From positions 79,856,001 to 79,920,000 of the forward strand of contig NC_042998.1 in assembly GCF_006345805.1 (NCBI RefSeq): a DNA stretch of 64,000 bases, in the 5' to 3' direction. The stretch comes from Octopus sinensis. Lineage: Eukaryota. Position numbers and translations under genes: made by a program. The notes under the pieces are model-generated. The model searched no databases. It was not told the origin of the DNA and saw nothing but the letters and a program-made list of their open reading frames with translations. Positions 13,346 to 28,026 of the stretch are shown here, in pieces (the first letter of the stretch is position 1; every line of letters begins with the position of its first letter).

Positions 13346-13844
13346 TACATGCCTGTGTGAGTGTGTAAATATGTAGTTTTTACGAATGCAGAAGGTTTCT
13401 ATCTATGTAGTTGCGTATATTTTTTAATTTTTTATATCTTTTATATTTTTATGCCAATTAGAGTAACTTCCCTTTTATTAAACGGGTTTTTTTGTTTTTT
13501 CTTGTAGCGTCTATTGTGAAAAATAGCTGATGAAAATACTCGAAAGCCTTTAGCTTCGGCATTTGAAACTCTGAGCTCTGTTATGACAACTTTCTGATTG
13601 TCCTATACTATATATATATATATATATAAATGTGACCGCGTGTGTACCGTTGGCGATTTTTTCCTCTGTCTTCCCTTCTTTGGATCTTTCCTTCTCCTAT
13701 GTTTCTGATGAAGAACTCCGCTCGAAACTTTAAACCCTCCTTCTTCCCTTCCTTCCGAGACGTCCAATAATACTATATTTGTTCCACGTCCTCGCGTTGT
13801 TGTGTTTTCTCTTTGTGTTTTCATGTTTGGATTAACTTTTTTTT

Positions 13845-14003
13845 TTACATATATTATATATATAGATATATATATATTATATACATGTATATATACATAT
13901 ATATACATGTATATATATATATATATACATGTATATATATATACATGTATATATATATATACATGTATATATAATATACATGATATATATATTATATATA
14001 TAT

Positions 14004-14057
<54 letters not shown>

Positions 14058-14065
14058 ATATATAT

Positions 14066-14107
<42 letters not shown>

Positions 14108-14170
14108 ATATATATCTATATATATATATATATATATAACATTATATATATATATATATATATATATATA
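13845..14170. repeat. (TA)nCATG compound microsatellite
   Basis: Repeated tatatatacatg units. Confidence 0.95.
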
Positions 14171-15609
14171 GGTAAACAATAAAATTAAATACAGACATGG
14201 ACAAGAACATGAAACACCACAGAGACGACACAAGAACACAGGACGGGACATTCGAAGCCCTCAGTCATCAGTCAAGAACCAGATCATCTTAGCAATTTCG
14301 GCTGATTAATCTTGAGATTGCTCCGATATGGCCAGCCCAAAGCTTCGAATGTATACAACGAAAGGACGGAAAACGATCGAAGTACACAAACAAAAATACA
14401 GAATACGTGACACCAATAAGAATACAAAAACGTAAACAACATAACGGTAAAAATAAAAAATAAACAACAAAACAAAACCAGGACGTAGGACAAGGGTCTT
14501 TCGACAGGACGATTTGAGTAGGGGCTGGCTTGTGAAGTTGTGCCTAAAGGCCACGGGGAGACGAACAAATCCGTGTTGCTTCTGAGGCTGCTGAAAACGA
14601 AAAGAGCGCTCAACAGCGGCTGCTGTCACGTGATACACAGAAGACAGGAGAAGGGGGGGGAGGGTGAAAAAGGGAGAGAGGTGGGGGGGGGGGGAGAAGA
14701 AAGAGACGATCGAGGGGGCTGGAGGTGAGAGAGATAGAGAAACGTAGAAAGGGGGGGGGGACGGATGGAGAGGAAAGAACGGAAGTGGAATAAGGGAGGA
14801 GGGAGAGAGAGGAAAAAGAGACAGATTAAGAGTCGTATCAAAGCTTGAGAAAAAATATACTTATCGTATAAGGACAATGTGGATACGTAGCCGCCGATTA
14901 TATAGGTAAACAATAAAATTAAATACAGACATGGACAAGAACATGAAAAACACCACAGAGACGACACAAGAACCACAGGACGGGACATTCGAAGCCCTCA
15001 GTCATCAGTCAAGAACCAGATCATCTTAGCAATTTCGGCTGATTAATCTTGAGATTGCTCCGATATGGCCAGCCCAAAGCTTCGAATGTATACAACGAAA
15101 GGACGGAAAACGATCGAAGTAAACAAACAAAAATACAGAATACGTGACACCAATAAGAATACAAAAACGTAAAAACAATAACGGTAAAAATAAAAAATAA
15201 ACAACCAAAACAAAACCAGGACGTAGGACAAGGGTCTTTCGACAGGACGATTTGAGTAGGGGCTGGCTTGTGAAGTTGTGGCCTAAAGGCCACGGGGAGA
15301 CGAACAAATCCGTGTTGCTTCTGAGGCTGCTGAAAACGAAAAGAGCGCTCAACAGCGGCTAGCTGTCACGTGAGAACAAAGACAGGAGAAAGGGACAGAT
15401 GAAAAGGGAGAGAAGGTGGACGAGGGAGGAGAAGAAAGAGACAGATCGAGGGGGCTGGAGGTGAGAGAGATAGAGAAACGTAGAAAGGGGGGGGGGACGG
15501 ATGGAGAGGGAAAGAACGGACGGAAGGAATATAGGAGAGGAGGGAGAGAGAGAGAGAGAAAAAGAGACAGATTAAGAGTCGTATCAAAGCTTGAGAAAAA
15601 AATATACTT

Positions 15610-15610
<1 letters not shown>
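14171..15610 (-). repeat. Tandem duplication (14171-14863 and 14905-15610, period 734) of a Penelope-like terminal-repeat unit
   Basis: Both copies start ggtaaacaataaaattaaatacagacatgg and end aagcttgagaaaaaatatactta; minus strand has ggctg...cagccgaaattgc and ctgatga motifs. Confidence 0.8.
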
Positions 15611-15655
<45 letters not shown>

Positions 15656-17399
15656 ATATATATATACATGTATATATATATATATATATGTATATTATAT
15701 ATATATACATATACATGTATATATATATATACATATACATGTATATATACATATATATACATATACATATATATACACATATATATACATACATACATAC
15801 ATATATTTTATATATATGTGTGTGTGTACTGTATATACAGAGCTAATGTTGAGCTACCATAAAGGATATTGAAGTTTCATTGCCTTGGCTAGTACTAAGG
15901 AGCTTGTGGGCAATATTGCATGACTAAATTCAAAGAAATAATCAGAGCAGAACAAGATCAGAGTGGCAGGATGCTCTAATAATATCTAGGTATCAATTTC
16001 TCACTCTTTTGTGAATTTACACTAATTTTCTTGTATATTGGCCAGTGTATGGTAAAAGTAAGAATGTGCTATGCTGCTAGAAATAAATACATGTAACTAG
16101 TTACAGCCATTTTGACCAACAAAAAGGGCTAAGTGAGCAATCTAGAGATTGTAGCGTACACTTGAGTGAAATTCCTCTCCCTTTTATTAGAAATACGTGC
16201 ATTCAAACGTAGCAGATAACAGCTAATCTTTGGCAACTATTTGGACCCCACTGTGTCCACTACTCTGATTGGTTGGTATTGGTGCAATTTGTCTCTTACT
16301 CTGTCATGCCAATATGCAGCATATAACCAATCAGAGACCCTAAATAAAATCACGTGAGACAGCCTGTTCTCAATCCCATTTGAGCCTACTGTTCCTTAAA
16401 AAAACTCACCTTCTCCTCATCTCGAGGTCTTTGGTTCCAAACCTTTTAAGGTCTAGCCACTGACCACACAAGACACAACCAGTCCCAGCAACAATGCCAG
16501 ACAACAATACCCACCCAATAGCAACACATCCAGGTTTCAACACAGTACTGTTCATGAATTACTTCATGGGTCAACAGCAAATATACAACCTGCAAGCCAG
16601 ATGATAACACCCATTCAGCAGCATTACAGCAATCTCCTTCATCGCCATCATAATCTTCTTAACATTGTCAACATCAGCTCTCTACATATACAGCTCAAGC
16701 AACACTGCACAGGTTCTAACATAGCACTGTTTGTGAAGTACTTCACCATGGTTAACAGCAAATATACAACCTGTGAAAATTCCTGTACAAGTGACCCAGG
16801 CAGCAGCGTTACAGCCACAACTTCACAAACAACATGTATGGCAACAGGCTCAGCATCATTGCCACAACTTCTTGATACAGTACTTCTATTACTGTGTACA
16901 GTTGACTATGAACTGGTATTTCTCATTCTTGTGTCTATGAACATTCGTCTAACTTCTCATTATAGACTCTTTCACTGATCTTTTCATTGTTATTCTTATA
17001 TGTACTTAACACACATGCATACATCCATGCCTATACACACATACACTTTGTTCTCAAAATATACTGCAAAAGGCCATTTGCAGCAGCTGAGATATGGTTG
17101 GCAGCATTCTCATAGCTAAGGGGATGCACTGGACAGCACTTCCCTCTCACTATTCAATGGTGCAGCCTCAAATTTTGAAAATACAATTTTGAAAATATTC
17201 TGAAGCCCCCTCCCCCCTACTCCAGAGTCTGACCACAAGTCTGGTTATTAGCATGTGGTTGTGAGCGGGGGGTGGGCAAATTGATGGTTTGGGTGGTCTG
17301 CTCTAAGGGTTTTAAGTAAACATGTTAGACTTCTGTGTCAGCGTCTTGGCAGACGACTCCTGCAACTAGCAAAACAAAATAATTCCTAGTTCTCTGAGC

Positions 17400-19060
17400 T
17401 GTGGAGTATTGCTCCTGATGGGGACTTGAACAGCGGAGACATTATTTACAATTTCTGTTCCATAATATTCTAAATACAGAGTTTTAGAATTGTGGCCAAG
17501 CTAATAGCAAAGAGGTTGGAACCTTTCATGTGATACCGAACAAACTTATTTACAACTACCTCATGTAATACACATAGAGAGGCTGGGTAACAAACTTGGC
17601 TTTAATTGGGATCCAATCAATATGGATCAATCAAAAGCTTTTGAAATGGTTCTCTCTTATTATCTGAATGTTGTCCATATATCATTGGGTTTTGTTCCCG
17701 TTTTCAGAGTTTGAATTTCTTTAACATGCAGCTGCCCTTGATCACATATAACCATTTCAAATCACATGCTCGCTGGGCCTGTCTTCTGTATATAGTAATT
17801 CTTGATTCCCTGCTGTGGAAACTAAAGGTATTGCGAAGCATCCCATTCACAGTGGGATGTAGGAAAGCTGTGTCTCCATATGCGAACATCATCACAATGA
17901 TGTCAGACGCTTAATTTTCACCTGACTAGATTGGAGCGACTGCTCTTTCACTTGTGGGTACACTGTGGTAGCTAACACACAGACATATGTTGAAGTTTTA
18001 ATATCTACAAACATTTCTGGACGTTGAACAGACATTTTTTTTTTCCATAACTCATCTTTTTTGATAGACTTGTAGTGAAACCCAAAACTCGGTGCCTGAC
18101 AAATGGAATGTTGTCATATATTCAATCTCTTTGATCACTTGAGCAATGGGGTCAGTGAAACTTCTACTTTAGCATTCTGTTGAGGGCTAGTGATAGGAAA
18201 GAGTGATGATGTTCCTACCACTTAAGAAAAATCTGATTGTCAAGGAAAATTAGTTTGCTATTCCAGAAGACTTGCATCCCAGAGACTAAGGATAACTTGC
18301 AGACATTTCTGGCCTGGCAGTTCTATATCAGTGAGGACATTACTTGTTCGAGATAAATTGTACAAGAAGGGGGCATCATCATTTGAGCCTATTCAAGATG
18401 CTCATGGAGCAACGAAACAATTCTGCATGCACTTGTTCAGTGTCTGAGTATTACTGACTTCTGGGATTTTGTTGAATAGCTTTCGACACACATAGGACAT
18501 TTGCAACAACTGGCCAAATCCATCGTGAAAATCTTCCCACCATTTTTCCTTTCGGTAAGGACAGGCTCTTTCCTCCATCTAGTGGTTATAACGTAATAGG
18601 CGATTGAAAGAAGGGGGAAAACTCTTTCTTCTTCCTATACCTTGTTGATCTTTACGAGTTCCACTTGGAGATGAAGATAAGAAAAGAGGGAGAAGCTGCC
18701 CTCCAGTAAATTTGTTGAAAGTTAAGTGTGAGTGACATGCATTGTCCCATTGAGTGGATATGATTGTAGGCCAAGGAATAGCATTTGGAAGAAGTCACTT
18801 GCCTTTGGAGGATCAGGACAATTTTAGATCTGTGGTTTACTTAATTGGTTTCAAGTGGTGGTCCTCCTTGTGGAACTTCAGCATACATGATTGTGAATAA
18901 AATTTTCTTCTTTTTCTTGCTCTCATTAATCTGGTTCCTATATAAATGTCTGCACTTTTTATAGACTGTCCTTGTAATGGTCATTATTTTTTTGTTACCC
19001 CTGTAACAATAATGTAAGATTATTATCCTTCTGGGATCTTTTCTGTTTGGTTGCCAAGAT
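17400..19060 (-). mobile_element. Highly degenerate coding remnant, possibly Ty3/Gypsy pol
   Basis: Across stops and frameshifts: TDIE...KCLQVILSL and LIFLDNQIFLKW (RNase H-like), REPFQKLLID (integrase-like). Weak, by eye. Confidence 0.3.
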
Positions 19061-20252
19061 TTCAAAAATCAAAGTTTATTGAAAATTTTAAAATTTGGTA
19101 CATTAAAGTAGCTTTCCAAACTGAATTGCTGGAGTTATTTCACTTTTCCAGAAATGATTTTTTTAAAAAAGTTATAGAGGCTTAAAGTTTGATCATTTTC
19201 ACCCAGCCAGGAAACAAGATTTTGCACATGACTGCACATTTTATCAACATCCTGAAAATGGCACTTGTGTTTTTATATGAAACCATAAACAAATGAATTA
19301 CGCACAACATATAACCTCTTATATATAACTTTTTTATGTTTTGGAGTTTTCTGAAAATTTTTGCAAATTTGTACTTTACATGCAGGACTTAGTACGATTA
19401 TGCAAAAAAAAAAAAAAATTGTAGAGGTGCGTGATTTAAGGCCTATTTAGCTGTTATTTTTTAGCACACCTCACAACCACCTCAATGACAAAAATAAGGT
19501 AAACAACACATATTTTATAGTTTTAAGCATTTAATATGCATTTAATGCAATAAACAGCATATTACAAATTAAATATTTCTCAAAATAAGAGACTTATAGC
19601 ACAAACTTAAAAGATTTATCCAAAAACAAAATAGCACATTACAAGTTAGATATTTTTAAAAAACAAACATCACCAACCTTAAGTGGATACCAGAGCAAGT
19701 CTTCTGCATGTACCTCCCTAACATAGCTGTTATAATCAGCAGCTGTGCAATGGCTCATCCCCAGTTCTTCAACATAAGACTAGACTGATGTCAGTTCTTT
19801 AACCCACGAAAAAAGGAAAAGTACTACAGTCCTAAGAGGAAGGATGCCACCATCAAACCATGTGTCTTTCCTCACTGACACAAACTCCATGCATCCTTGG
19901 CGTGTGCATCACCAATACATATTCCCACCATGTTTTCTTGTACTCATAAAATGCGTCTTCATTTTGCATAATTTTCTTTTGGGTATAATACCCTTTTCTT
20001 GCAAGTATGAAACTGCATCCTCCTCTGGTGCATGATCTAAGGCCTATTTGGTTGCTATTTTTAGCACATAGGACAGCCATCTCAATGACTGGAATATATT
20101 AGTCAACATGTGCCTTCTTGCAGGCAAAAGTGTTCTCATATTTGGCTTGTTACTGTAGAAACAGGTATGAATGTGTCTATGGCTTACGATTAATAAAAAT
20201 TGCCCCAAATTTTCAAACTTTAATAGCTAATAACTCTTTATTTATTAAATTA

Positions 20253-20766
20253 CTAGCAGTATCGCCCAGCGTTGCTCGGGTTTGTAAGGGAAATAACTAT
20301 ATAAGTATTTTTAGAGAGTTACTTCCCTTATAGATGCCAATTCGGGCTTTCTTAGCCATTTCTGTTTTGGTGTCTTCAAGCCATGAAGTCGTTGTTCTAA
20401 AAGAACGCTGGTCTCCTTGACAACGCTTTACGACGTTGATTTCCTTACACTCCCTTCCCCACAGCTTCACGAGGGAGGGAAGAAGGGGGAGAAGCAACAC
20501 AGGTGCAGATGTGAGCGTGGACGCCAACTCCGCCGCCATCGACACGCGAAAAATTACGCATTAAAATGGAATAAAAAATTATGTTAAATCATTTTTAAAA
20601 TCGTAGACTCATCGTAGACGCACACTAATACTCAGACGGGCTCGATATGAATCACGACTATAAGATACCCGAATTTGGTTAAACTGCACCGCAAAATGTG
20701 GGAGTAGTTAGGAATCTAAATCGAAGGGGACAGACACTCACACAACTACAGTTTTATATATATAGA
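20253..20766 (-). mobile_element. Non-autonomous Helitron
   Basis: Minus strand begins A|TC-TATATA and ends cccgagcaacgctggg-cgatactg-CTAG|T; no TSD. Confidence 0.8.
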
Positions 20767-20944
20767 TGACGAAAATGATTTACATAGCATTGATTAACCT
20801 ATAAACATATTTCAGTACACTGATTGTGGAATTAATTCGAACAGAAATTGACCTTGGCAACCAAACAGAAAAGGCCCTCGTTCTGTACCATTCCCCAGTT
20901 TGTCAACCTTTAGAGTTTAATAAAGTAACTACTACTACTACTAC

Positions 20945-21330
20945 TACTACTGGCAGAATCGCTAGCATGCCGAGTAAAATGTTTAGTGGCATTTTCTCTG
21001 TTCTAAGTTCAAATTCCACTAGGGTCGACTTTGTTTTCATACTTTCGGTGTTGATAAAAGAAGTACCAGTTGAACACTGAGGTTAATGTAATTTACTTAC
21101 CCGACCTGACCTCCGAAGATGCTGGCCTTGTGCCAAAAAAATTACATTAATATTGTAACCAGTATTATTATTCTTTTCTACTCTAGGTACCAGGCCCGAA
21201 ATTTTTAGGGAGGGGAGCCAGTCGATTAGATCGACCCCAGTACGCAACTGGTACTTAATTTATCGACCACGAAAGGGTGAAAGGCAAAGTCGAATTTGAA
21301 TTTAGAACATAAAGACAGACGGAATACCAA
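20945..21330. mobile_element. Tail-to-tail pair of SINE family A copies (+ 20945-21140, - 21170-21330)
   Basis: Similarity to the 3.0-4.2 kb copies in both orientations. Confidence 0.75.
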
Positions 21331-24300
21331 CTTCTGCTCCAATTTTTCACTACGCTACTACCGAAGGGAAATAACCCTGTTCAAGCTTTCAAACTGTTCT
21401 ATTAATGTTTGTCTGCTACAATCAGATGAACAGAGAGCGAAACAGTTTTCTCAATATTACAATCTTTACATTTCAGCAAATTTTTGTAACGCAAAGCAAC
21501 ATAAGAAAGAATAAGACAGTACAGGTAAAAGATTAGAGAAGAACAAAGAAACAAGACAAAATCGATGTATAAGAAAGGCCTACATGACTTAGCACGAATG
21601 TGCAATATACCTCTGGTTTCAAAGAGAAAGTCAACAGATATAACAGGAAATTAAGCGCTCATATCTGAGAGAGAAATACGTTCGTAGATAGATGGGTAGA
21701 TAAATAGATGAAGAGGTAATTAGCTAGATAGATAGGCATGTATGTATGTAGGTATGTATGTATGTATGTATGCATGCATGTATGTACGTATGTATGCAGG
21801 TATGTGTGTATGCAAATACACCTGCAGCAAGACAGAAAGTCAGAAATTCCATTGATAACGAGGAAGCACAGAGAGATGGCAATCATCTGTGAAAATGGAG
21901 AAATCACTATGCATGCATGCATATATGTAAGTATGTATGCATGAAGGTATGTACAAACGTTTGTATGTATGTATGTATGCATACATGTATGTATGTATGT
22001 ATGCATGTATATTTGCTTGCAGATATGCAACAAAACCGAAAAGTCATCTGAGTGGTCATGATTGGAAAGTCAGAAATTTTATTGGCAATTAGAAAAATGG
22101 GAATCACCTGTGAAGTTCCGCGATCACTATGTAGTAGGTAGGTGGGTAGGTAGGTGTGTAGTTATGTAGGTGGGTAGTTACGTAGGTAGGTTGCTAGGTT
22201 GGCAGGTATGCATGTATTTATGTAGTTAAGTAAATAGGATTAAAATGACATATTCTGGGTTCTGCTGGATATTTATTATATTGATACTACACTACAACTA
22301 TGCTAGCACTATAAGTTATCTAAATCCTACCGTTTCAATAACATCAATCTGTTGTCTCACTAATTATCATAAAAATATTTACCATAATGAAACAATCCAA
22401 TTAAGATATGTAAATGCATTAAAAATAAGAAAATCTATAAAATGTGGTCTTTCAATAGGTGCCATTAATTGTTGCTGTTGCTACTCGTGTTTGTTGTGGA
22501 TGCTTGTGTTTCATAAAGCTCTGACTTAAAGCCAAATTCTCCTGGGATTTATTGATAAGAATTTTTGTTTGTTTTCCATTCTGAATTACTGATAAGAGAG
22601 CTTTTCTGAATTATTTAATCTTCATCCAATTTTCCTGAGGTATAAAAACAGTTTATCTTGGCATTCTTTGTTCACTATGTGTATTTTTGTCAGATAGCCC
22701 AGTAAATTCTCTCTTTTTTTTTTGTTTTCTCTCTCTCACAATTGTGAAATCAACAACAAAAGCAAATTTGGGGCTTCCTCAACATGATCACTGAAACTTG
22801 AAAACATATTTCAAAATGAAATCTTCAAAATGACATGACAATTGAACAAATAGATAGAAGCACAGGCTCAACTTTTATAGTCTAGTTGTAAAAAACACAA
22901 AGAATAGGACTAAAACCTCTAACGAAAAAGACATTAACAACAACAGCTACAAAAAAGTTCTTGTTTGCTTGTATTATGAATCATTAGGAGTTCATCAATA
23001 TGAGTCAGATCTAGGAAAAGGATAAATTATGGGTATAGTATGTCGAGACATTGGCATTTGGGTTGATGAGGTAGGGCACCAGAAAGCCGATGGGGTGCCT
23101 CTTCTTCCAACACAGTGATACAGAATTTATGAAGTTATGAGCTGGGATTTCCTTATAAAAATGAGTTCACACTGGGGAGAACCCTAACTTCATGGGTGTC
23201 CAAATTAGCAAATAGAACCTGATGAAATGGCTGAATAACCCAAATGAGAATAAGAGAAGAGATGGGTAATAATTTTTAGAACAAAATATATGAGAGGTTG
23301 TTGGTAACTGCTCCTACACTGAATGTACTGCTAATGAACCAAATTCTCTTAAGGTTGATATGAATAAATTTAAAAAAAAACAGACATATTCTATAGATAA
23401 CTAAGCAGACCACATAGTGGTACTGCTATCTGTCCAAAATCAAAACACTTAGCATTCATCAACTAAGTTTACTGTATCAAGACTATTTCGCTGAGGAGAT
23501 CTAATAAGACTAAACAATTTGGAATTTCCATCATACATATCAATCAAAAATCAGGATCAACCCTCACTTCATATCTCCATTAAATTTTTAATCAATTAAA
23601 AATTTCGAACTTCTTTCTTTTCTCTCTCTCTCTCTTGCTTTTTGTTTTTTTTAAACTAAAAATCTTATTAATGCTGATGCTTTACATCCTCATTATTGGT
23701 GTAATTTCAATTAATTAAAAACTATTTTGTGTTCAATACATTAAGTATGTTTGCCCACACTTGAATAGAAGCATTTCAAGTAGAAGGCATCCTTTGGAAA
23801 TGCTCTAATCGTTGGTATGATTGATTCACCACGGGAAAGTAGCAATAGCCCTGTGAAATTGTTTGGTGATTCTTGCCTTACGATGTAGAGCTTAGTTTCT
23901 TCAGAAGGTGAATTTACCTATGATTGACCAGCAACCTTTCTAAGGGGGTGTTTGGCCTTCATCTATTTGATACTACAGAAACTGGAAATAAGCTTGTGGA
24001 AGGAGACTGTCTTTTAATCACTGTCTAAATTATATATCTATCAACAAAAGACAAGATATGGAAAGTTGATATTTTGTATGTTAGGATCCCTAAAAATATT
24101 TCAGATTAAGTTTCTGGTTAGAGTTAATTTCTTATTAATAAACTACTACTAAATCAACACACATAAACAAAGATTACAGGGAAAATTTAAATGAGATAAA
24201 AATATAAATTCATGTACGTAAGCATATAAAAGATGTTAAAAGAAATGTAGCATCTAAAAAAAAAAAAAGGAACTACAGAGTATTTTAGAGAAAATTAAAA

Positions 24301-24374
24301 TATACAAATAGTTTTTTAAAAAAGTGGGTTTAAACAAATAAAATTATCTTAAGACCATGTCATTTTTTTTCACA

Positions 24375-24710
24375 TGGTTCTGGGTTCAGCCTTACTGTGT
24401 GGCACCTTGCAAACCCTTGTGAGTGGATTTTGGTAGACCTAAAATGAAAGAAGCCTGTCGTATATATATGTGTGTATGTACGTATTTATGTATGTCTTTG
24501 TGTCTGTGTTTGTCCACCTACCATTGTTTGACAACCGATGTCAGTGTGTTTACGTCCTAGTAACTTAGCAGTTCGGCAAAAAAGACCGATAGAAAAGTAC
24601 TAGATTTACAAAGAATAAGTCCTGCTGCCGATTTCTTAGACTAAAATTCCTTAAGGCTCTGCTCCAAAATGGCCAGTTAAATGACTGAAACGTATAAAAG
24701 AAAAAAAAAG
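24375..24710 (+). mobile_element. SINE family B copy
   Basis: catggttctgggttcag...gtggattttggtagac...aaatgactgaaac. Confidence 0.8.
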
Positions 24711-26324
24711 ATTAAAAGAATACTCATTTGTTCTTTCTATAGAAGAGGGACGTAACTCTTACATTCACAAAATATATCGTCAGGCTGCCGTTTTTCTATC
24801 TGAGCCCTCTAAACCGCTTTCCTATGCAATTATGTTATCGTCATCGTTTAGTTCGTCTCTAACCAAGTAGAACTATTAACTCTGATTAAAGCCCGTGTCC
24901 ATCCCATTTCGGGGTCATCCAGAGCTACATTATCTCTTTTACTTTTCCCTCATTTAAAATGACAGAGTATGGTTTTATGAATATTTTACTCATAGTCCTA
25001 ACAACTCAATCGCATAGAGATATTTATTGTCCCATAAGCATATGAATAAATAAAACTGGTTGTGAATATACAAATAAAGCTTATGAATAAATAGAACAGC
25101 TTGTGAGAATTTCGTCAGGTGAATAAACAACAAACATGGGTCTATTGATATCAAAATTAAACAAGAATCTAGAGTTACCTCACTTTATTTTTGCTTTTTG
25201 TTAACGTCTTAAGGGATCTTTCCCAAACATCTGATGTAATCATTCATTGCCACATCTTTTTCTGGTTTGCGGACGTCAATTTCAAAATACCAGCCTACAT
25301 TTACCGGCTTGAAGGTAAGGCTTTATTATTAAAGCAAAATATATGTAGCTAATCAATATGTAATAATGCATTAAATATTTAACGAACATCTGTCCATATG
25401 TGGACATGTGATTTCACATTTTGTTACCAAATTGCTTAAAATTGATTTAAATAACTGAAAGAGGATTAAAAAGAATTTACTTTCATTTTAAATCATTATA
25501 ATTCGTCTGCTCAGCAATACGTAGAAAACCAATTTTGTATATTTTCCTCTTCCCTAAAATACATTTTAAGCCAAAACTAAGGAGGCGACAATGAGAAAGC
25601 GAATAAAATTGGCTCGATGAAGACACTTTCTGTTCTAACAGTTTATAAATATTTGCAAAAATAAAAGAAATTAAAATAATGCGTTATTCTCATTATATAT
25701 TTAAGTAGAGAAAGGTCAGGTGATTCATTTTTTAAATAGGTTGGCTCGAATATCCTACACGTACCTGGTAACTTGTACATAAGCCGGTGATGGTCAAGCG
25801 CATGGCACACTAAGAAGCAACTTTCAAGTGCCTTTTTAAAACTTTTTTTTTAAAATTTAGATATTAGGAAACAGAATTAAATTTTATGACCCCGATAATA
25901 TACCTCAAAATGAGAAATGTAAAGTTATTTTATCTAATATGTACAGTAAGTAATAATAGTAACTATATGCATTTTTAAACTTTTTCATTGAAAAAGAAGA
26001 GAGAAAACGTGTTTATTCTGTTGTGTTATTTTCTTTTTGTGCCTTATAATTTAACAAACTCACCGGTAAAATTTCCATTTATTCCCGAGTATGTTAAATT
26101 ATAAGGCACAAAAAGAAAATGACTCCCAAGACACAACAGAATATGCTTCAACACACGAACTCACATAAAGAAACTTGCAAATCAAATCCAAAAACGAAAA
26201 ACGTGTTTAGTTAATTTATTATTCTGATCATTTTTGCACATACCTATGTTTGTTGTTTATTCATAATCTCTGATTTGATCTCATTCTGACGTGATTCTTC
26301 AGTTAAACGTAATTTTTCTGCTGT

Positions 26325-26462
26325 GTGCTAAGTACCTTGTTTACCAACCACATGGTTCCGAGTTCAGTCTCACTGCGTGGAACCTTGGGCAAGTGTCTTT
26401 TACTATAGCCTTGGGCCGAGCAAAGCCTTGTGAGTGAATTCGGTAGACGGAAACTGAAAGTT
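26325..26462 (+). mobile_element. SINE family B 5' half
   Basis: accaaccacatggttccgagttcagtc...gtagacggaaactgaaag. Confidence 0.8.
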
Positions 26463-26941
26463 CTTGTAAAAAAATCACTTCCTGAATTGTTAGTCGATTG
26501 TGTTGAGTTTAATAGATTTAATGGTTTCATTTTCATTTTATTCTGTTTTATTATATCCTTCGCATTTTGTTGATACATAGTGTATAAATATTTCAGTCAT
26601 TTTGACTGGGGTCATGCTGGGGTACCGCCTTTAACCGAACAAATTGACCCCAAGACAGCATTCCATATATTTATATATGTATTTGAGTGTCTGTGTTTGG
26701 ACCCCCCCCCCACCAACATCGCTTAACAACCGATGTTTAGATAACTTAGTGGTTCAGCAAAAGGTACCGATGGAATAAGTACTAGGCTTACAAAGAATAA
26801 AATCTAAGGCATTCTTAAGATTTAGAAAAATGTTTGTATTTTGTTGGGATTTTGTTACTTTTCTGTAGCAATTTGATACTGACCCTTGTGTGTGTCTACA
26901 TATACATTACACACTCTTCTCTTTTATACATACATACATAT

Positions 26942-26976
<35 letters not shown>

Positions 26977-27116
26977 GGAAGGGCATCCAGCCGTAGAAAC
27001 ACTGCCAGATCTGACTGGGCCTGATGAAGCCTTCCAGCTTCACAGACCCCAGTTGAACCGTCCAACCCATGCTAGCATGGAGAACGGACGCTAAATGATG
27101 ATGATGATATATATAT

Positions 27117-27935
27117 ATGCGATGGTATGGTCATGTACTGCGGATGGATGAGGAGAGATGTGTGAAGAAGTGCCACTCCCAAACAGTTGAAGGTATCAGG
27201 AGGAGAGGTAGACCCAGGAAGACATGGGATGAGGTAGTCAAGCATGACCTCAGAGTGTTGGGCCTCACTGAGGCAATGGCGAAGGACCGAGATCTCTGGA
27301 GATATGCTGTGACTGCAAAGACCCGGGCTGCTTCCTGCCCCAGTTCCGCATAGCCCCTGCCCATTCAAAGTACCCTGGATCCCAGAACGTCCTGCTGTGC
27401 TTGAGGAGACCTGTTGAGTCAAGTGCATGAACATGAACATCGAAATAAATATCAATGGAAATAGTAGTTGTGATACCTGTGCCGGTGGCACATAAAAAGC
27501 ACCATCCGAACGTGGCCGTAGCCAGCGCTGACTCGACTGGCTTCCATGCCGGTGGCACGTTAAAAAAGCACCATCCGAATGTGGCCGATGCCAGTGCCGC
27601 CCCGACTGGTTTCTGTGCCGGTGGCACATAAAAGTACCATCCGAACGTGGCCGTTGCCAGCGCCGCCTTGGCTGGCTTCCGTGCCGGTGGCACGTTAAAA
27701 GCTCCAACTGATCGTGGCCGATGCCGGACCCCCCCCTGGCACCTGTGCAGGTGGCACGTAAAAAGCACCCACTACACTCGCGGAGTGGTTGGCATTAGGA
27801 AGGGCATCCAGCCGTAGAAACTCTGCCAGATCAGACTGGAGCCTGGAGCAGCTCCTGGCTTCCCAGACCCCTGTCGAACCGTCCAACCCGTGCTAGCGCA
27901 AAAAATGGACGTTAAACGATGATGATGATGATGTA
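27117..27935 (+). mobile_element. 5'-truncated RTE LINE (ORF C-terminus plus complete 3' UTR)
   Basis: Peptide RWYGHVLRMDEERCVKK...RGRPRKTWDEVVKHDL...DRDLWRYAV; ~59-bp tandem units at 27470-27770; (GAT)n tail. Confidence 0.92.
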
Positions 27936-28026
27936 TGTATGTATGTGTATATATATATGCACACACACACACACATTTCGTAGTCTACAACTTCAGAAAA
28001 AATGCACACAATATAAATGTTAAAAT

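Noticed and set aside
12379-15872. Many long ORFs (YIYI/HTHT type) in the track
   Set aside because: Translations of (TA)n and (CA)n microsatellites; no coding signal.
16601-16978. 125-aa ORF in a possible LTR-like region (CCAAT/TATA-like at 16.3 kb)
   Set aside because: No recognisable domain, no second LTR copy, and no TG...CA ends or primer-binding site found.
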